A stretch of DNA of 64,000 bases from Chrysomallon squamiferum (lineage: Eukaryota; Animalia; Mollusca), in the NCBI GenBank assembly GCA_012295275.1, contig CM022670.1:40424001-40488000 (forward strand), written 5' to 3'. Position 1 is the first letter of the stretch, and every line of letters begins with the position of its first letter. Both the position numbers and the translations under genes were made by a program. Below the pieces are notes generated by a model. That model was not told the origin of the DNA. It saw only the letters and a program-made list of their open reading frames with translations, and did not search any database. This document shows, piece by piece, positions 27,035-40,954 of this stretch.

Positions 27035-30000
27035 ATGCCTTGTGAAAACACAAAAGGATGTCTGTGGCAATACAGAAATTGTCAGTTGCTCAGAGATCAT
27101 CAGGTTGTCTCAGATGATCTGTGGATTCGAGATGGAAAAATCATGGATCCAGAAAAACTGTTCTTTGATGAAAAAGTCTGTGCTGACTTTCAGGTGGACT
27201 GTAAAGGAAGCATAATTAGTCCTGGATTCATAGATATACAGATAAATGGTAAAGAGGAGTTCTAAGTTTGTATGTGTGATTTAATTAATATATATAAAGT
27301 TTGTATAATATTAATAACATATTAATCTTTTAAAAGAAGTTTATTGATAATTACCTTTAAAGTGTAAAATGATAAGTATAAGATAATCTGTTTGAACTGA
27401 CAAAGTATCTTTACCTGTATAATGTTTGTATAAGTTGTAGTATTTATGAAAAACAAACCTTAGTAGTGAAACTGTATTCAAATATTTTGATTCTATTATG
27501 CTGCAGAAGGTATTGTAAGTTGTTATATTTTTTGTTAAAACTTTTGTTAAAATAAAAATAAAAAAGAGAGCTATATAAAATTATTTCATCCAAAAAGAAA
27601 CTTGGATGTCATTTTATTGATAAAATCATCAATTTACAAACAATTTCCATTAAAAAAGGATATTCATAATATCCAAAAAGAAACTGTAGTCATTTCATTA
27701 TTAATTGTATGGTTACAAATATTTTCCTTCTGAAGAAAGAATAACAAATTAAAAACAATGTAATAATAAAATCCTTAAACAAATTCTTTAATACTTTGAT
27801 TATTAATCTCCAGTTTTTCAAAAACATTTCTTTTGAAAAAAAAAAAATTAATGAATAAATAATTATGAATAATAATACAATCCTAAAACAAATTCTTTAA
27901 CATTTTGATTATTAATCTTCTGTTTTCAAAAAACATTTCCTTTTGAAGGTGGATTTGGTGTTGACTTCTCCAAGTGCAAAGGCTCAGTAGTAGAAGGACT
28001 AAAGAAAGTTGCTAAAGGAATATTAGCTCATGGTGTGACGTCATTCTGTCCCACAGTCATCACATCACCAAAAGAAACATATCACAAAGTAAGTTAGAAA
28101 GAAATGAAATATAGATAGTTTAAAATATGTTAATGTGTTTTTGTTTTCTTTTTAAGTTATTGTTATAACATTTTTTAAGCATATATATATATTGAATGAT
28201 GTTTAAAGTGATAAATTTAATTTTATATATAAATATATATATAAATAAAATGAATTTGTTATAAGTATTAAGTTATTATTATAACATTTTTTAAGCAGTA
28301 AGTTATATATATATATTCTAAATGAAAGAAATTTTATATATTTCTAAAAATAAAATTCCTATGAAATTAATTTTTATTTTATTTTTGCAAATAAATTTTA
28401 AAAATAAATAATTTCTAATGATTTTATAACAATATATATGTAAAAATTTGTTAAAAATCAAAAATTATTTATTTTATACATTCATTTTAAGTTAAAACAG
28501 TAAAATTTTAATTATTAGTCTTAGAAATATATAAAATATCTTTCATATTTAGAATTCCTTTTTGGAAACACTTACCTTTAAACATCACAACTCATTAACA
28601 ATTTCTGTCCTATATTGGCATTATAACACTGTACTAGATAGAACAAGTTTATTGTAGTGGTTATAAATGTGAAAATGAAAATAAAAGTATTACATAAAAA
28701 AATGATAATAACAAACAATAATGAATGGTGCTAAAATATTTTTAAATCATTTTCTTCTTCACAGAATTTACCTCAGATGAAGAAATTCAATGGAAGTAAA
28801 GAAGGAGCAGGAATGTTAGGTACAACATCAGTTGTCACATCTGTAAATGATTAATTTTAAAAAACAAATACTTATTGTTTTTAGCAGGGCTGGATAAAAA
28901 AAAGTCCTGTCATATTCTGAACACCATTATTGCAAATGCCAAAATCCAGAAGATCTGATATCATAAAAGGATTAGGGTTTAGTGTCAAGTTACGGTTACA
29001 GTTAGGTTTTGGGTTAGGATTAATGTTATGTTTGACATTTTCATTTAGAAAAAAATAATAAAAATTGAGTAATTTCAGAATTTTGGCTTATCTAGAATTT
29101 TTTGCTTGGATATATGGAGAGATAGAAAGAAAATTTTACTAATTATATAATACATCAGAATACCTGAAATAATATTACTTAAATATTGATTATTTTTATT
29201 ATTATTATTATTATTATTATATATTTTTTTTTTCCATCAGAACCATTTTGGTCATTTTTCTCAGTATATGAATTTTTATTTTATTTTATTAATTTCAGGT
29301 GTTCACCTAGAAGGTCCATTCATAAATAAAGAGAAGAAAGGAGCTCATCCTGAACAGCTAATTTGCTCATTTGATAATGGATTTCAGGATCTTTTGGACA
29401 TGTATGGAAGTTTGAATGATGTTATCATGGTAACCATTGCTCCAGAACATGAGAAGTCAAAAGAAGTTATTAAAGAACTTGTGTCCAGAGGAATTGTTGT
29501 GTCTCTTGGTAAGAAAATATTACTAAAAAATAATAATAAAAAAAATAATATAAAAACTTAATTTTTATTTATTCATTCATTTTTCATTTTTTTATATTTT
29601 TATTTTTTTTTTTTTATTATTATTATTATTTTTTTTTTTTTTCTGAACATAAGAAAACAGTTAGAAAAAAGCCAACAGTCAAAAAAAAAAAAAAAAAAAA
29701 AGAAAGTTTTATTTATTTACTTGTTTATTAATTTAAGTTTGAGATATTTATTTTAATATGTAATATGTTTAGGCTGGATGAACTGAGATATTTATTGTCT
29801 GTTTTGTTTTCTGCGCAGGTCACACAATGTGTAATTTGGTTCAGGGAGAAGAGGCTGTTTGGCAGGGTGCCTCTCTGATAACACATCTCTTTAATGCAAT
29901 GCTTCCAGTTAGTCTCATTTTTATTATTATTATTATTACTGTTGTGGTTGTTAAGGCAAATCTATGACATTAATTACGTTAATGTTTTCAGTTAGATATG

Positions 30001-30189
30001 TTGTTGTTGTTACTGTTATTAAGACAATTCTAAGAGAATAATCTTTAATATTTTCAGTTAGATATGTTGTTGTTGTTGTTGTCACCATTGTCTACATTAT
30101 TGTTTTGTTTATTGTTATTATTATTATTAAGATTACAATGCTTCACTGATAAAACATCTCTTTAATACAATGCATCCACATTATTATAC

Positions 30190-30259
<70 letters not shown>

Positions 30260-30994
30260 GGTGTTTATCTAATGTATTTCAAGTTAGATTTATGTTATTT
30301 TTAAATTTATTTATGGATAATTATAAATATTTATATTTGGTGCATGTTTATATTGTTTAATGACATTAATGTGTATATGTTTAACTTTCTGTTTTCTGAC
30401 ATGTCACTGTTGTAAATACATATTACATATGCCTAGTTCATTGTTTGAAGAAAAATATAAATAGCTTGGCAAGTTTTTAAGAAATGATGTGATTAACAGT
30501 TTAAATATATATACAAATTATTTATTCAAACTTATGTGTATTATATTTAATAAACAAACTCGTCTTTAAAAAATGGAATAAAATAAATTAATAATTTTAA
30601 AGCTTCATATTCAAATTTAAAAACATAATTCCAAGTTTTCAAATTTATCATCAAGAAAAGGTTAAATTTGTTTGCTGTTTTCAATTTATTATTAAATTTT
30701 TTTTTTTTTTTTTTCCCCCATGATGCAGTTCCATCACAGGGACCCACATCTTGTTGGTCTGTTGTCAAGTCAGAAACTGCCCAAAGGAAAGTATGTTTAT
30801 TACGGAATAATATCTGATGGGATTCACACACACCCGGCAGCCCTACGCATTGCTCACAGAGTCAGTCCTAAAGGTGAAATCTTAAATACTATATTTATCA
30901 TTTTGTTGTTATTGTTGTTATAATATTATTTATGTTTGTTTTTGTTTGTTTATTTATTATGGTTTATTTATATGTTATTACTTTATTTATATAT

Positions 30995-31025
<31 letters not shown>

Positions 31026-31203
31026 TTCATTCATTATGGTTTATGTGTTATTTATTTATTTTGGTTTATTTATCTGTTATTACTTAATTATTATTTTTTT
31101 TTTTTAAATTATTTATTTATTATTTTTACTTACATTTTCTTTTTCTTTTTTGTGGCAGAAAATTCAGTTAAATTTCTGATCTTTGAGATTCAGTACTTTT
31201 TAG

Positions 31204-31240
<37 letters not shown>

Positions 31241-32776
31241 TAATAATAATAATAATAATAATATTAATAATAATAATAATTTCAGTTTAATTATAACTTA
31301 TCACACTTACAGGTACAATACTGGTGACTGATGCAATTCAGGCTATGGGTTTCCCACCTGGAAAGTATATTCTAGGTGAACAGGAGATTGAAATAGATGG
31401 CAAGCGAGCTGTCATTGCAGGAACTAACACACTGAGTGGCAGGTAAACATGATCAGTTTATCTTTATATATACTCTGAAACCTGAGACTTCTTATTTGAG
31501 TTTGTCTGTTATTAAAGTAAATGAATGTACTGATAAATAAATCAGTTCTTTTCAAAAGAGTTTTTTTTATTTCCCATTCTAGCTGATCTCCTGCAACTGG
31601 TGTATCAATAATTGTGATGAATGTTTCCCTCAAAAATTAATTGTACTGCGATATGTTTTTAATTTGCAATTAATCTGTGTTGGGTGTAATTCAGTATAAA
31701 GTGCTAATATAATCATTATTGTTTGACTTGTCTGATAAATATTTAATTGCGATTTTTATTTTTGAATGTTTATCTAGATATGTAGTCAATTAATAATTTA
31801 AATATATATATATATTTTTTTACAAACAACCGGTGGTATGTGAACAGTATATTTCTAAGATTATAAAAGAAGCAAGGCTTAAAATAATCATTTTAAATAA
31901 ATATATGTTCTTATTTGTTTACAGCATAGCCACTATGGACACTATTGTAAAACATTACGCCAAAGCTACAGGTATATATATATCACAGAAGTTTTTCTCT
32001 TTTTGCAATATTATTATTATTTCAAATTATTTATTATTTTTACAAATAAAATATCTTGAAGACAAATCTTTTAAAAATGGAAATCAGATTTAATAATTAA
32101 CAACTGTATTTCTCATTTCAGTACATATCATAAGCCACTTTTTTAATCTTGAAAATGTATGTTTAATGATGCTGTCTATAAATTTATAAATCTAATATTT
32201 AAAAGAAAGCACAATTATATCTGACATTATTATAACTAGATATCCGTTACTGACAAAAAGAAAAATAAATAAATAAAAACTATATGCAGTGAATTTATAT
32301 ATTTAGCATTTTTGAATATGGAATAGTTGAGGCTTTAGAGGGAGAGCACAATTATATCTGATGTTATTATAACTAGACTTCTATTACTGATCCCCCCAAA
32401 AATCTAAACTGTAAGAAGTGAATTTCTTTATTTAGGGTGTGGGATTGTTGAGGGTCAAGAGGGAGAGCACAGTTATATCTGATATTATTATAACTAAACT
32501 TCTGTTACTGATCCCCCAGAAAAAACAACCTAAACTGTAAGAAGTGAATTTCTTTATTTAGGGTGTGGGATTGTTGAGGCTGTAGAGGCAGCCACTCTTC
32601 ATCCAGCTCAGTTGTTACAGATAACAGACAGGAAGGGAACGTTGGACTATGGGACAGACGCAGACTTCGTGGTTCTGAACAACCATCTGGAACCTCAGTT
32701 GACATACATCGCAGGAGACCTGGTGTGGGAAAATCCAACTGGCAAAACATTCGATGTGAAGAAAGTGAAAAAATAG
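27035..32776 (+). CDS. AMDHD2: N-acetylglucosamine-6-phosphate deacetylase, 9 exons, ~414 aa
   Basis: Exons 27035-27248, 27949-28088, 28765-28819, 29299-29508, 29819-29907, 30729-30873, 31313-31442, 31925-31971 and 32562-32776 sum to 1245 nt. NagA motifs are present: [71 protein letters not shown] and GTDADFVV. Confidence 0.97.
27771..27948. repeat. Local duplication (~110-nt period) of the AMDHD2 exon-2 acceptor region
   Basis: ATCCT(T)AAACAAATTCTTTAA..GATTATTAATCT..AAAACATTTC..TTTTGAA occurs at 27771 and 27880. Only the second copy ends in AG. Confidence 0.8.
32205..32590. repeat. Three-copy ~126-bp tandem duplication including the acceptor and first bases of the last AMDHD2 exon
   Basis: GCACA(A/G)TTATATCTGA..TATAACTA occurs three times. 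AAGTGAATTTCTTTATTTAG|GGTGTGGGATTGTTGAGG is identical at 32436 and 32562, with a decayed copy near 32290-32345. Confidence 0.92.
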
Positions 32777-35496
32777 TCCAGTCTTATTAATGAAATAAAA
32801 TACAGATATTCTGATTTGATTTTATGTATGTAGATTATAGATATAGACATAGACACAGATGTAGACATATATATATATATATATATAGAAAGAGAGAGAG
32901 AGAGAGAGAGAATACAGATATAGATATAAAGATATATACATATACAGATATAGGTATATAGATATATAGGTATATAAATAATACACACACACACACACAC
33001 ACATATATAGATATAGATATGTAGATACAAATATAGATATTTTTACTTGACATAACTATATGCATAACCCTTTTTTCTCTGAACTTCCTCCTCCACATAA
33101 TTTAATTTGATTTTATTAACATTGACACTTAAATATAGTTGAGCAGACCATGACAGAAAGAAGACAGTCTAGATATTCTAGTGCTAACAGTGTCACAAAA
33201 TATTTATTTTTTATTATTTTCAATTTTTGTTTTCTATTATGTTATGATATTGTTTTTAATTATATGGATCTTACATCCCCTTTGATTATCTCAAGTGAAA
33301 GGTTTATAGTTGTTACTAATATTATTTTTATTATGTGTGTAGTTCAGGGTAGTAATTGTAAAAAGGCCAGTATTATTTTGTTTTATGTGTAAATGAAATG
33401 AACAAAGTAAATGATTTATTTTGCTCAAAGTGTAGTAGCAAAGTTGCCCACAAGATTCTGTGATAATGGTAAAACACAAGATACATCAAACTTTAACATA
33501 AGAAAAAAACTGCCTATTTCAAAATGATAGTTGCCGTTTTTGTTATCAATAATATATTTTTTTTTCTTCTGATTATTATTATTATTATTATTTAATATTA
33601 TTGTTATTAGTAGCAGTAGCAGTAATAGTAGTAGTAATAGCAGAAGTAGTAGTAATAGTATTATTATTGTTTCTTTAAAGCTGACAAATTTCAGACTGTT
33701 TTGCTTTTTAGACTTACATTTAAGTATCTAACATTCCATTACCAAATATGTTTACCACATATGTTGAGAAAGTCAGATATCCAGAAACATCCACAGAAAC
33801 TCATGTGAACTCCAGATCTTTGAAATGTTATGGTTTTATGGAGATAAGATGGTAAAATTAAAATTGTATATAATTATTGTGCATTTAATAAAATTATTCA
33901 AGAAGAAATATATATTTGTATTGATAACTTAATTTTTGTTTTTTTCTATTGATTGAACAGATTTGTAGACTCAATGTAATCATATATACCAATTTTAATA
34001 TTTAAATATTCTAATATTTAATGTTGAAATGACACATATTCAATAATGCAATGTTTTTACATGATTAAAACTGGTAATAAAACACAACCTTTTGTTTTTA
34101 GTATTTTATTATTATTTTTATTTAGTTTTTGTTTTGAAAAAAAGAACAAAATGTTTCATTAAAATACTTTTTAAACTGTATATTAATGGATAATTTTGTT
34201 TCGAGGTGCATGCAAATTTTTTTTTAAACAATTCTCTTCAGTGCATATTGTGCTATTTTGCATGCCAATGAGAGCATACAGCTATTTTATTGATATCTGT
34301 CACATGTTATACAAAGTCAAGTGGGAAACACATAAAACTAAAAGTTCTTTTTCTGCCAATACATAAAAGTTATTCAAAGACTAATTATGACCTCTCTGAT
34401 ATAGTACATAAATTATAGATTTGATACTTAATAAAATCAAATGTCCTTCATTTTATTCATTTTATCCAGTGTTAGTTTTATCTGCTTAGCCCTGGATCAG
34501 ATCAGTTTACTCAGTGTAACAACTTGAAATCCTCTATTTCTATTTCAAAAGAGATTTACAGAAAAACATTTTTCATGAAATCTTGATTACCAAATGCATA
34601 AATGTATGTATCATTTCCAAAATGGCAATAACAACAACACAACAACAAATAAATAAATAAATAATTTAAAAATATATATTCCTACTTTAAAACAAAAAAC
34701 GAAACTAGGTTAGATATACAGTAAAGCATTTTATTTCAATTTACATATATACAATTATATACATATTTTATATAACTATTATACTCTATATTCATCATAG
34801 ATTTAAACAGGAAATTTTCTGGTGTGTGGCATAAACATGTCTCTCAGTTTTCAGAATTTATATACAATACCCAAAACTTAATTCCATCCTTGGATCTACT
34901 TTCATCTTCTTTTCCTCCTCATGAAAAGTGACACAAGACTCAAACAATTTCATAACATAAAAACAGTTAGAGATAAAAATAATTAATGATAATATGTCAT
35001 TATAGGTTTTGTAATATTGATATGTCAAAGTCATATGTTACAAAACTGTTACTATTATGTATGTTAATGTTAGTATGAACAACACTACATCTATGGTACA
35101 GTTTAATAATTCCATAATTCATCGTTTGACTTTTAAGAGTTCAATTGTATTCAATTATTTTGATTTTAATTTATTTTTTCAATTTATTCTTTCATCTTTT
35201 AATATCATGTTGTTGTTGTTGTTGTTGTTATAAACAAACAATACATTTTTTCTGAAATCTCAACTCAGAAAATCCACTTTCAAAACTGTCCAGGGAAGAA
35301 CTGGCTATCCCCGATTCCCTTACACATCTTATTTATATGACAAGTCCTAACATGCTCCATACAACATTTTCTATCCGCACTTACCATTAAAACAACAAAA
35401 CTTTATAAGTTTTATGAGTTTCTAAGGATGTGCAGGATATAATAAATAATTTTTTTTTAAATATATACATATTATTCTACCTAACGCCAGTACAGA

Positions 35497-36900
35497 TTAA
35501 TAACCATTCGGTGGTGGCGTATGCAACGAGTCTAGTGTCATGGATGACGCTGTAATCGAATCTGTCGTAGTCAGCCCGGGGGTAGGGCCGGAAACAGTCG
35601 GCGTCATACGAGTTGGCGATGACGTCTCTGTGCTGTCTGAATATTCCGATATGCTGACCTCAACGTCTGGGTCAGACGTGGCCATAAGACTCAGTGGCGT
35701 TGCTGTAGCTCTGTGCACTAGCGGGACACTCATCGCCACCGCCACGGAAGACGGCGATAGCATCTTCTCGGCATCGGCATCAAGTAGCGAAGTAACCGGA
35801 TGTACTTTCCTGACTCCGTTTATTTTCAGTGAATCTTTTGGCACGGGGGTGAAGAGAGTTCGCGAGTTCGTGTCTGGTTTGTTTTCGATGATCACTGCAT
35901 TTTCTGTCACTGGACTGAGTTCTTTCTGCGGCATCACCGTCTTCAGCTTTCCCATCGTCTTCTTCTTCTTCAGAAAGTACCAAACTAGTGCTATGGTGCC
36001 GCCAATCAAAGCTAAAAACAAAAGTGCACCGACAATGCCTCCAATAAGTTCAGCAGATAAACCAGGATCCACAGCAACAGCTGAAAAAAAAAATAATAAT
36101 AATAATAATAAAATAAATAAATAAAAAACAAATAAATAAATAAAAAATTAAAAAATAATAATAATAATAATACATTCAAATAAGAATAGTAACATTAATT
36201 CGTTCTTCTTTTTTTTTTTTAGTCCTCAAGTAATTTTATAACTAAACGTGTATAAAAAAAGGAAAATAAATGAAATTTGTACTTACGACACGTTGCTGAA
36301 AAAGAAAAGAAATAAGAATGTTTTAAACTGTAAAAGTAGGAAATAATATTAATTTTTCAAAGAATAACATACTTTGATTAAATAGTTCTGTCATGCGATT
36401 GTTCAGCACATAGAGGATGCATTAATATTTGACTGATTTGTTTTTACTGCTCATTGTTTGAAATGTAGTCCTGATCGATATTGTAAACTTTTTTGTTTAT
36501 GAAGTAAATACCAGAAAGAAAAAAAAAAAAAGAGAAAAAAAATAGCATCATGAAGAATTAATTACAAAGCTTCCATTAATCTTAACATTTGTCAAAATTT
36601 GGTATGTAAGAAGTAAGTATATAATGAAGATCAAAAACGACTTTCAAAATGGTTATTTAAAACGGTGAAATTACAGTTACAGTTTTAAAGTTTTTGTTTT
36701 AAAATTAACAACAAAGACTGGTGTAATCACTTACAGTTAGTGACGAATAAAAGTACTCCTCCAGGGGAAGGGGCGCTTGTGCTGGTCATGAGGGTCGTGT
36801 TGGGGCACTCTTTGGGATACTGTGTAGCGTAGTTAATTTTATTCCCTACTTGGTACAGCTGGTGATAAATAATTACGTCATTTATTTTCAGGTAAAGGCA

Positions 36901-36932
<32 letters not shown>

Positions 36933-37069
36933 AAATAATAATAAGTAAATAAATAAATAAAATCGATATATATATTAAGAATATAAAAACAAATTTGATA
37001 TTTTGCAATAACTGGTGTAGGGTTAAATATTTTCAATAAGCTTGATTTTCACTGTTTCCTTTTATTGTT

Positions 37070-37138
<69 letters not shown>

Positions 37139-38150
37139 AATCATTATAAACGCTTACCATGCAAACAATTCTGTATGTGGTGCTGTCATCAACGGTGACG
37201 TCGTTGTTGTACAGAGTGACGTAGTACATCGTGGAGGACACTGGCATGTTGAACAGACAGTACAAAGTACCTCCAGCTGAAAAAACACAGTAACAATCAC
37301 TAAAACACATATATACATACATACATAGACATACATATACACGCATACATATATACACACATATTTACATATACATACATACACATGTATATATATATAT
37401 ACATACATACTTACTCACATATTATACGTATATGCATACATACAAAATAGCTGATTTCACAAATTTCCCTAAACCTATACCTTTTCCAAGAAATAACAAA
37501 ATAAATAAATAAGTAAGTAAATCAATAAATGGATAAATAAATAAATAAATATAACAAAACCTTAGAAGCTAACGTTTAACTTAAATATAATAATATAAAT
37601 AATGTGTTACCTGAATATAGCACTTTAGAGGTGCAGTCGCCGTAGTTGAATGCAAATTTAGCTTTGTTGGTGCACACGTCGACGTAGGAACTGCTGGCGC
37701 AGTGCAGGTTGCCGCTGGAGTCGGTGAACTGGTACTGCATGTAACCCTGGACAATCTTAGGACACTCCATCGCTGTTTCTTCAATGTTTGAACCTGGGAG
37801 GAGAATTATAATACTTCAGTTTAAGTTAACAACAACAGCTACAACAACAACAACAACAACAGTAACAGTAACAACCAGAACCACAAATAACTACAGGAAT
37901 AAATAAATGAATAAACAAACAAAAAAACTGAGAAACAAATAAGAAAATTAACTTAGAATACTGACACATGCATACATACATACATACGAACATACATACA
38001 TACATACATACATTCATCCAACCAACCATACATACATACATACATACATACATACATACATACATACATACACATACATACATGCATATACACATACATA
38101 CATGCATATATACATACATACATACATACATACATACATACATACATACA

Positions 38151-38181
<31 letters not shown>

Positions 38182-38534
38182 CCCAAGTACATTTTGTATT
38201 ATATTTATATGACATAACAACATAACATTCCATGAGTAACGTTAAAATAAAATAAATACATAAATACACAGAAAACACGTGCATGCGTTAATCCGTAAAT
38301 GTGCTTGACAGAAATATTTTGTAGCCTAGAAAAATGACAGGATTAACTGTGATTTAGTTTCTGGCTCGAGTCATACTGTCAGGACGATACAGTCACAAGT
38401 GAATACACTAGCCAAATTCTTTATGACTAATGTCAACTTAATTCCTGATCCATACATGTAAAACTATGTGCCAATTTCACGCTTTGTCTTTTTACATCAG
38501 TGAAAATTCTCAGTATAAACAATAAAGCATGTAT

Positions 38535-38590
<56 letters not shown>

Positions 38591-40140
38591 ATGCATGTAT
38601 GTACGTGTGTATAAAAACACTGGTTTAAGTTTAAATTTATTAAAACCATTCGAGAGAAAACTGAGCAAGTAAAATAAATAATATTAACACACTCTTTTAA
38701 CCTAAACATTTTGTTAGTTTGAAATAATTGTAGTAGTCGCTGCACGCAGTATTAAAAACACCTTTAACATTTTTAGTTTCGACCCTCGATTTCAAGGACC
38801 TCGTTTTTCCGAATATCGGGAAATCAAGACCAAATCTGGAAAATCACACAATTTGAACTTACCGCAACTTTCCACTTGAAACCTTACCTCTAAGGTACTA
38901 TGAAGTTATTCTGAGTCCCACTACACAATCATGGCAACGCCCTCTCAACCCACTTTTAATCGAGGAAAGAGTAAATTTGACAACTGCTCCCATAACCATT
39001 CTAACCTAACCAACTTCACCCAGTCTAACCTTCATTTTTCTTTACATATTACTGAATGAAATTTGTTTACATTGTTTTGATGTTTCAGTAAATTCTAGCA
39101 TTAATGTTTACATTCACGATTTCTGCATTTTCCGGACCGGTGCTCCTCTTCATTGGTCCGTATAATCGAGAGACAACAATGTAAAAGCGTAAACAGTGAT
39201 GTCCTTTAATATTTATATAAACAGACACAGCAACCTAGCTAATGCACCATTATGAATAAAAATGGATTCAGAAAATAAATTATGTGATGAATAAGTGTAA
39301 GTTAGTTAATACTAATATAACAAATTTAAAAATTCACCGTTTCGTAGCAGCATACTGTAGGTTCCTACGTCGTGGACGGTGTTGTCACATATATCAGACA
39401 TCAGCGCCACAGTTGTCGTCGTTGGTACGATTTTTATGTTGAGACCGTTGGCTTCTACTAGAGGAGCTGAAATTTAAAAAACACAAATAAAGAAATAAAA
39501 CGATGTAAGAAAAACAAGATGTCTGCCAACAGTATGCAGAAGAAGAAGAAGAAGAAGAAGAAGAAGAAGAAGAAGAAGAAGAAGAAGAAAGAAAACAAGA
39601 AAAAGGAAAAGGAAAAGAACAGCAGCAACAACAAAAACAACAAAACAACAACAGCAGTAACAATGAAATCAGTTATTGAAACAGTTATTGAAAGAAGAAT
39701 AATATCTGTATTTTTACCTGTACTGTAGTAGTAGTAGAAGACGTTGGCGTTGACGTTATATATGTCCAGACACATGTACACGTAAAACGGACTGGTAAAA
39801 ATGTCGATGGTCGTTGATCTGTAAAAACAAAAAAACAAAAAGATAAAATATAAATAAAAGGTTGTTTAATGAGTACTATTCATTTATCATTGAAATTAAG
39901 AAAATAGTTTTAAAAGTATTAGTGTTTTGAACAAATTATGATCTGTTTTTTACAGTGCTTCTTTCTTTTGGAATAATTTTATGATGTGCAAGTACAATAT
40001 ATATTTTAAACATAATATGTGGGGAAAAAAAAAAAAATATATATATATATATGTATAATTTTCCTTGATCAGTATCTTCCTAATGATGATAATGATAATG
40101 ATGATGTTGAAGATCATCATCAGTATCATCATCATCATCA

Positions 40141-40186
<46 letters not shown>

Positions 40187-40865
40187 TCATCATCGTCATC
40201 ATTGTTCTTGTTGTTATTATTACTAAATTCATCTTTTATTCATTATTAGGTAAGAAAGAAAACGAAAATGTATAATGACCAGGCTGATGATGTAAACACT
40301 GATTATTTCTGCTAAATGTTTCACTGTAATCATTTCGCAAGAGTTTAACTGAAATAATTACTATTTCTTACAGTTGCGATAGCGATATTTGCAAAAACAT
40401 TTATTTCTGAAGATAATTAACGAAAGTAAGAGAACGATTATGAAGTAACATGATCACCGAGTATCCCATAATGATATAAAATAGTCGCAGAGAGTGCTAA
40501 TAATAATACTGAAATTTGCTTGTACCGGGCAACGTAGTAGGTTCCGCTTGTTATGTGACACTCAAACTCTAAGTCTGGGTATGACTGACTGAGTGTAGAA
40601 ACGGACATGGTTCCGAAGTGCGAACTGTTGAATGTCCAGTAACCTTCTCTGGAGCTGTAAAATATACCGTTCAGGTTCGAAGGGAAAGAGCAGACTGCAC
40701 CAACTGAATATAGAAAATAGCCAGAACATTAAAAAATGTGTACATGAATGTGTGAGGTTCATAGTAAACTAACATAATCAATAAATAAGGTAAATAAGTG
40801 TAGAATGTGACAAAGACAAGAAAGAGACAGAGAGACACATACACATAATTTGCATATACCGACAT

Positions 40866-40954
<89 letters not shown>

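Noticed and set aside
28960-29030. Degenerate TTAGGG-like run as an interstitial telomere or telomerase template
   Set aside because: There are only a few imperfect units. It is more likely an internal motif of a decayed repeat, and the evidence is insufficient.
35540-36124. 194-aa plus-strand ORF, and similar antisense ORFs at 52663-52950, 59413-60237 and 61131-61783
   Set aside because: These are antisense shadows of GC-rich coding exons of paralogs A-C, with no splice or homology support.
37826-38284. Long ORFs of MYVC/HTYI/CV/LS/II repeats (also 30936-31331, 32695-33098, 40671-40976, 49588-49902, 52186-52476)
   Set aside because: They are translations of stop-free microsatellites, not genes.
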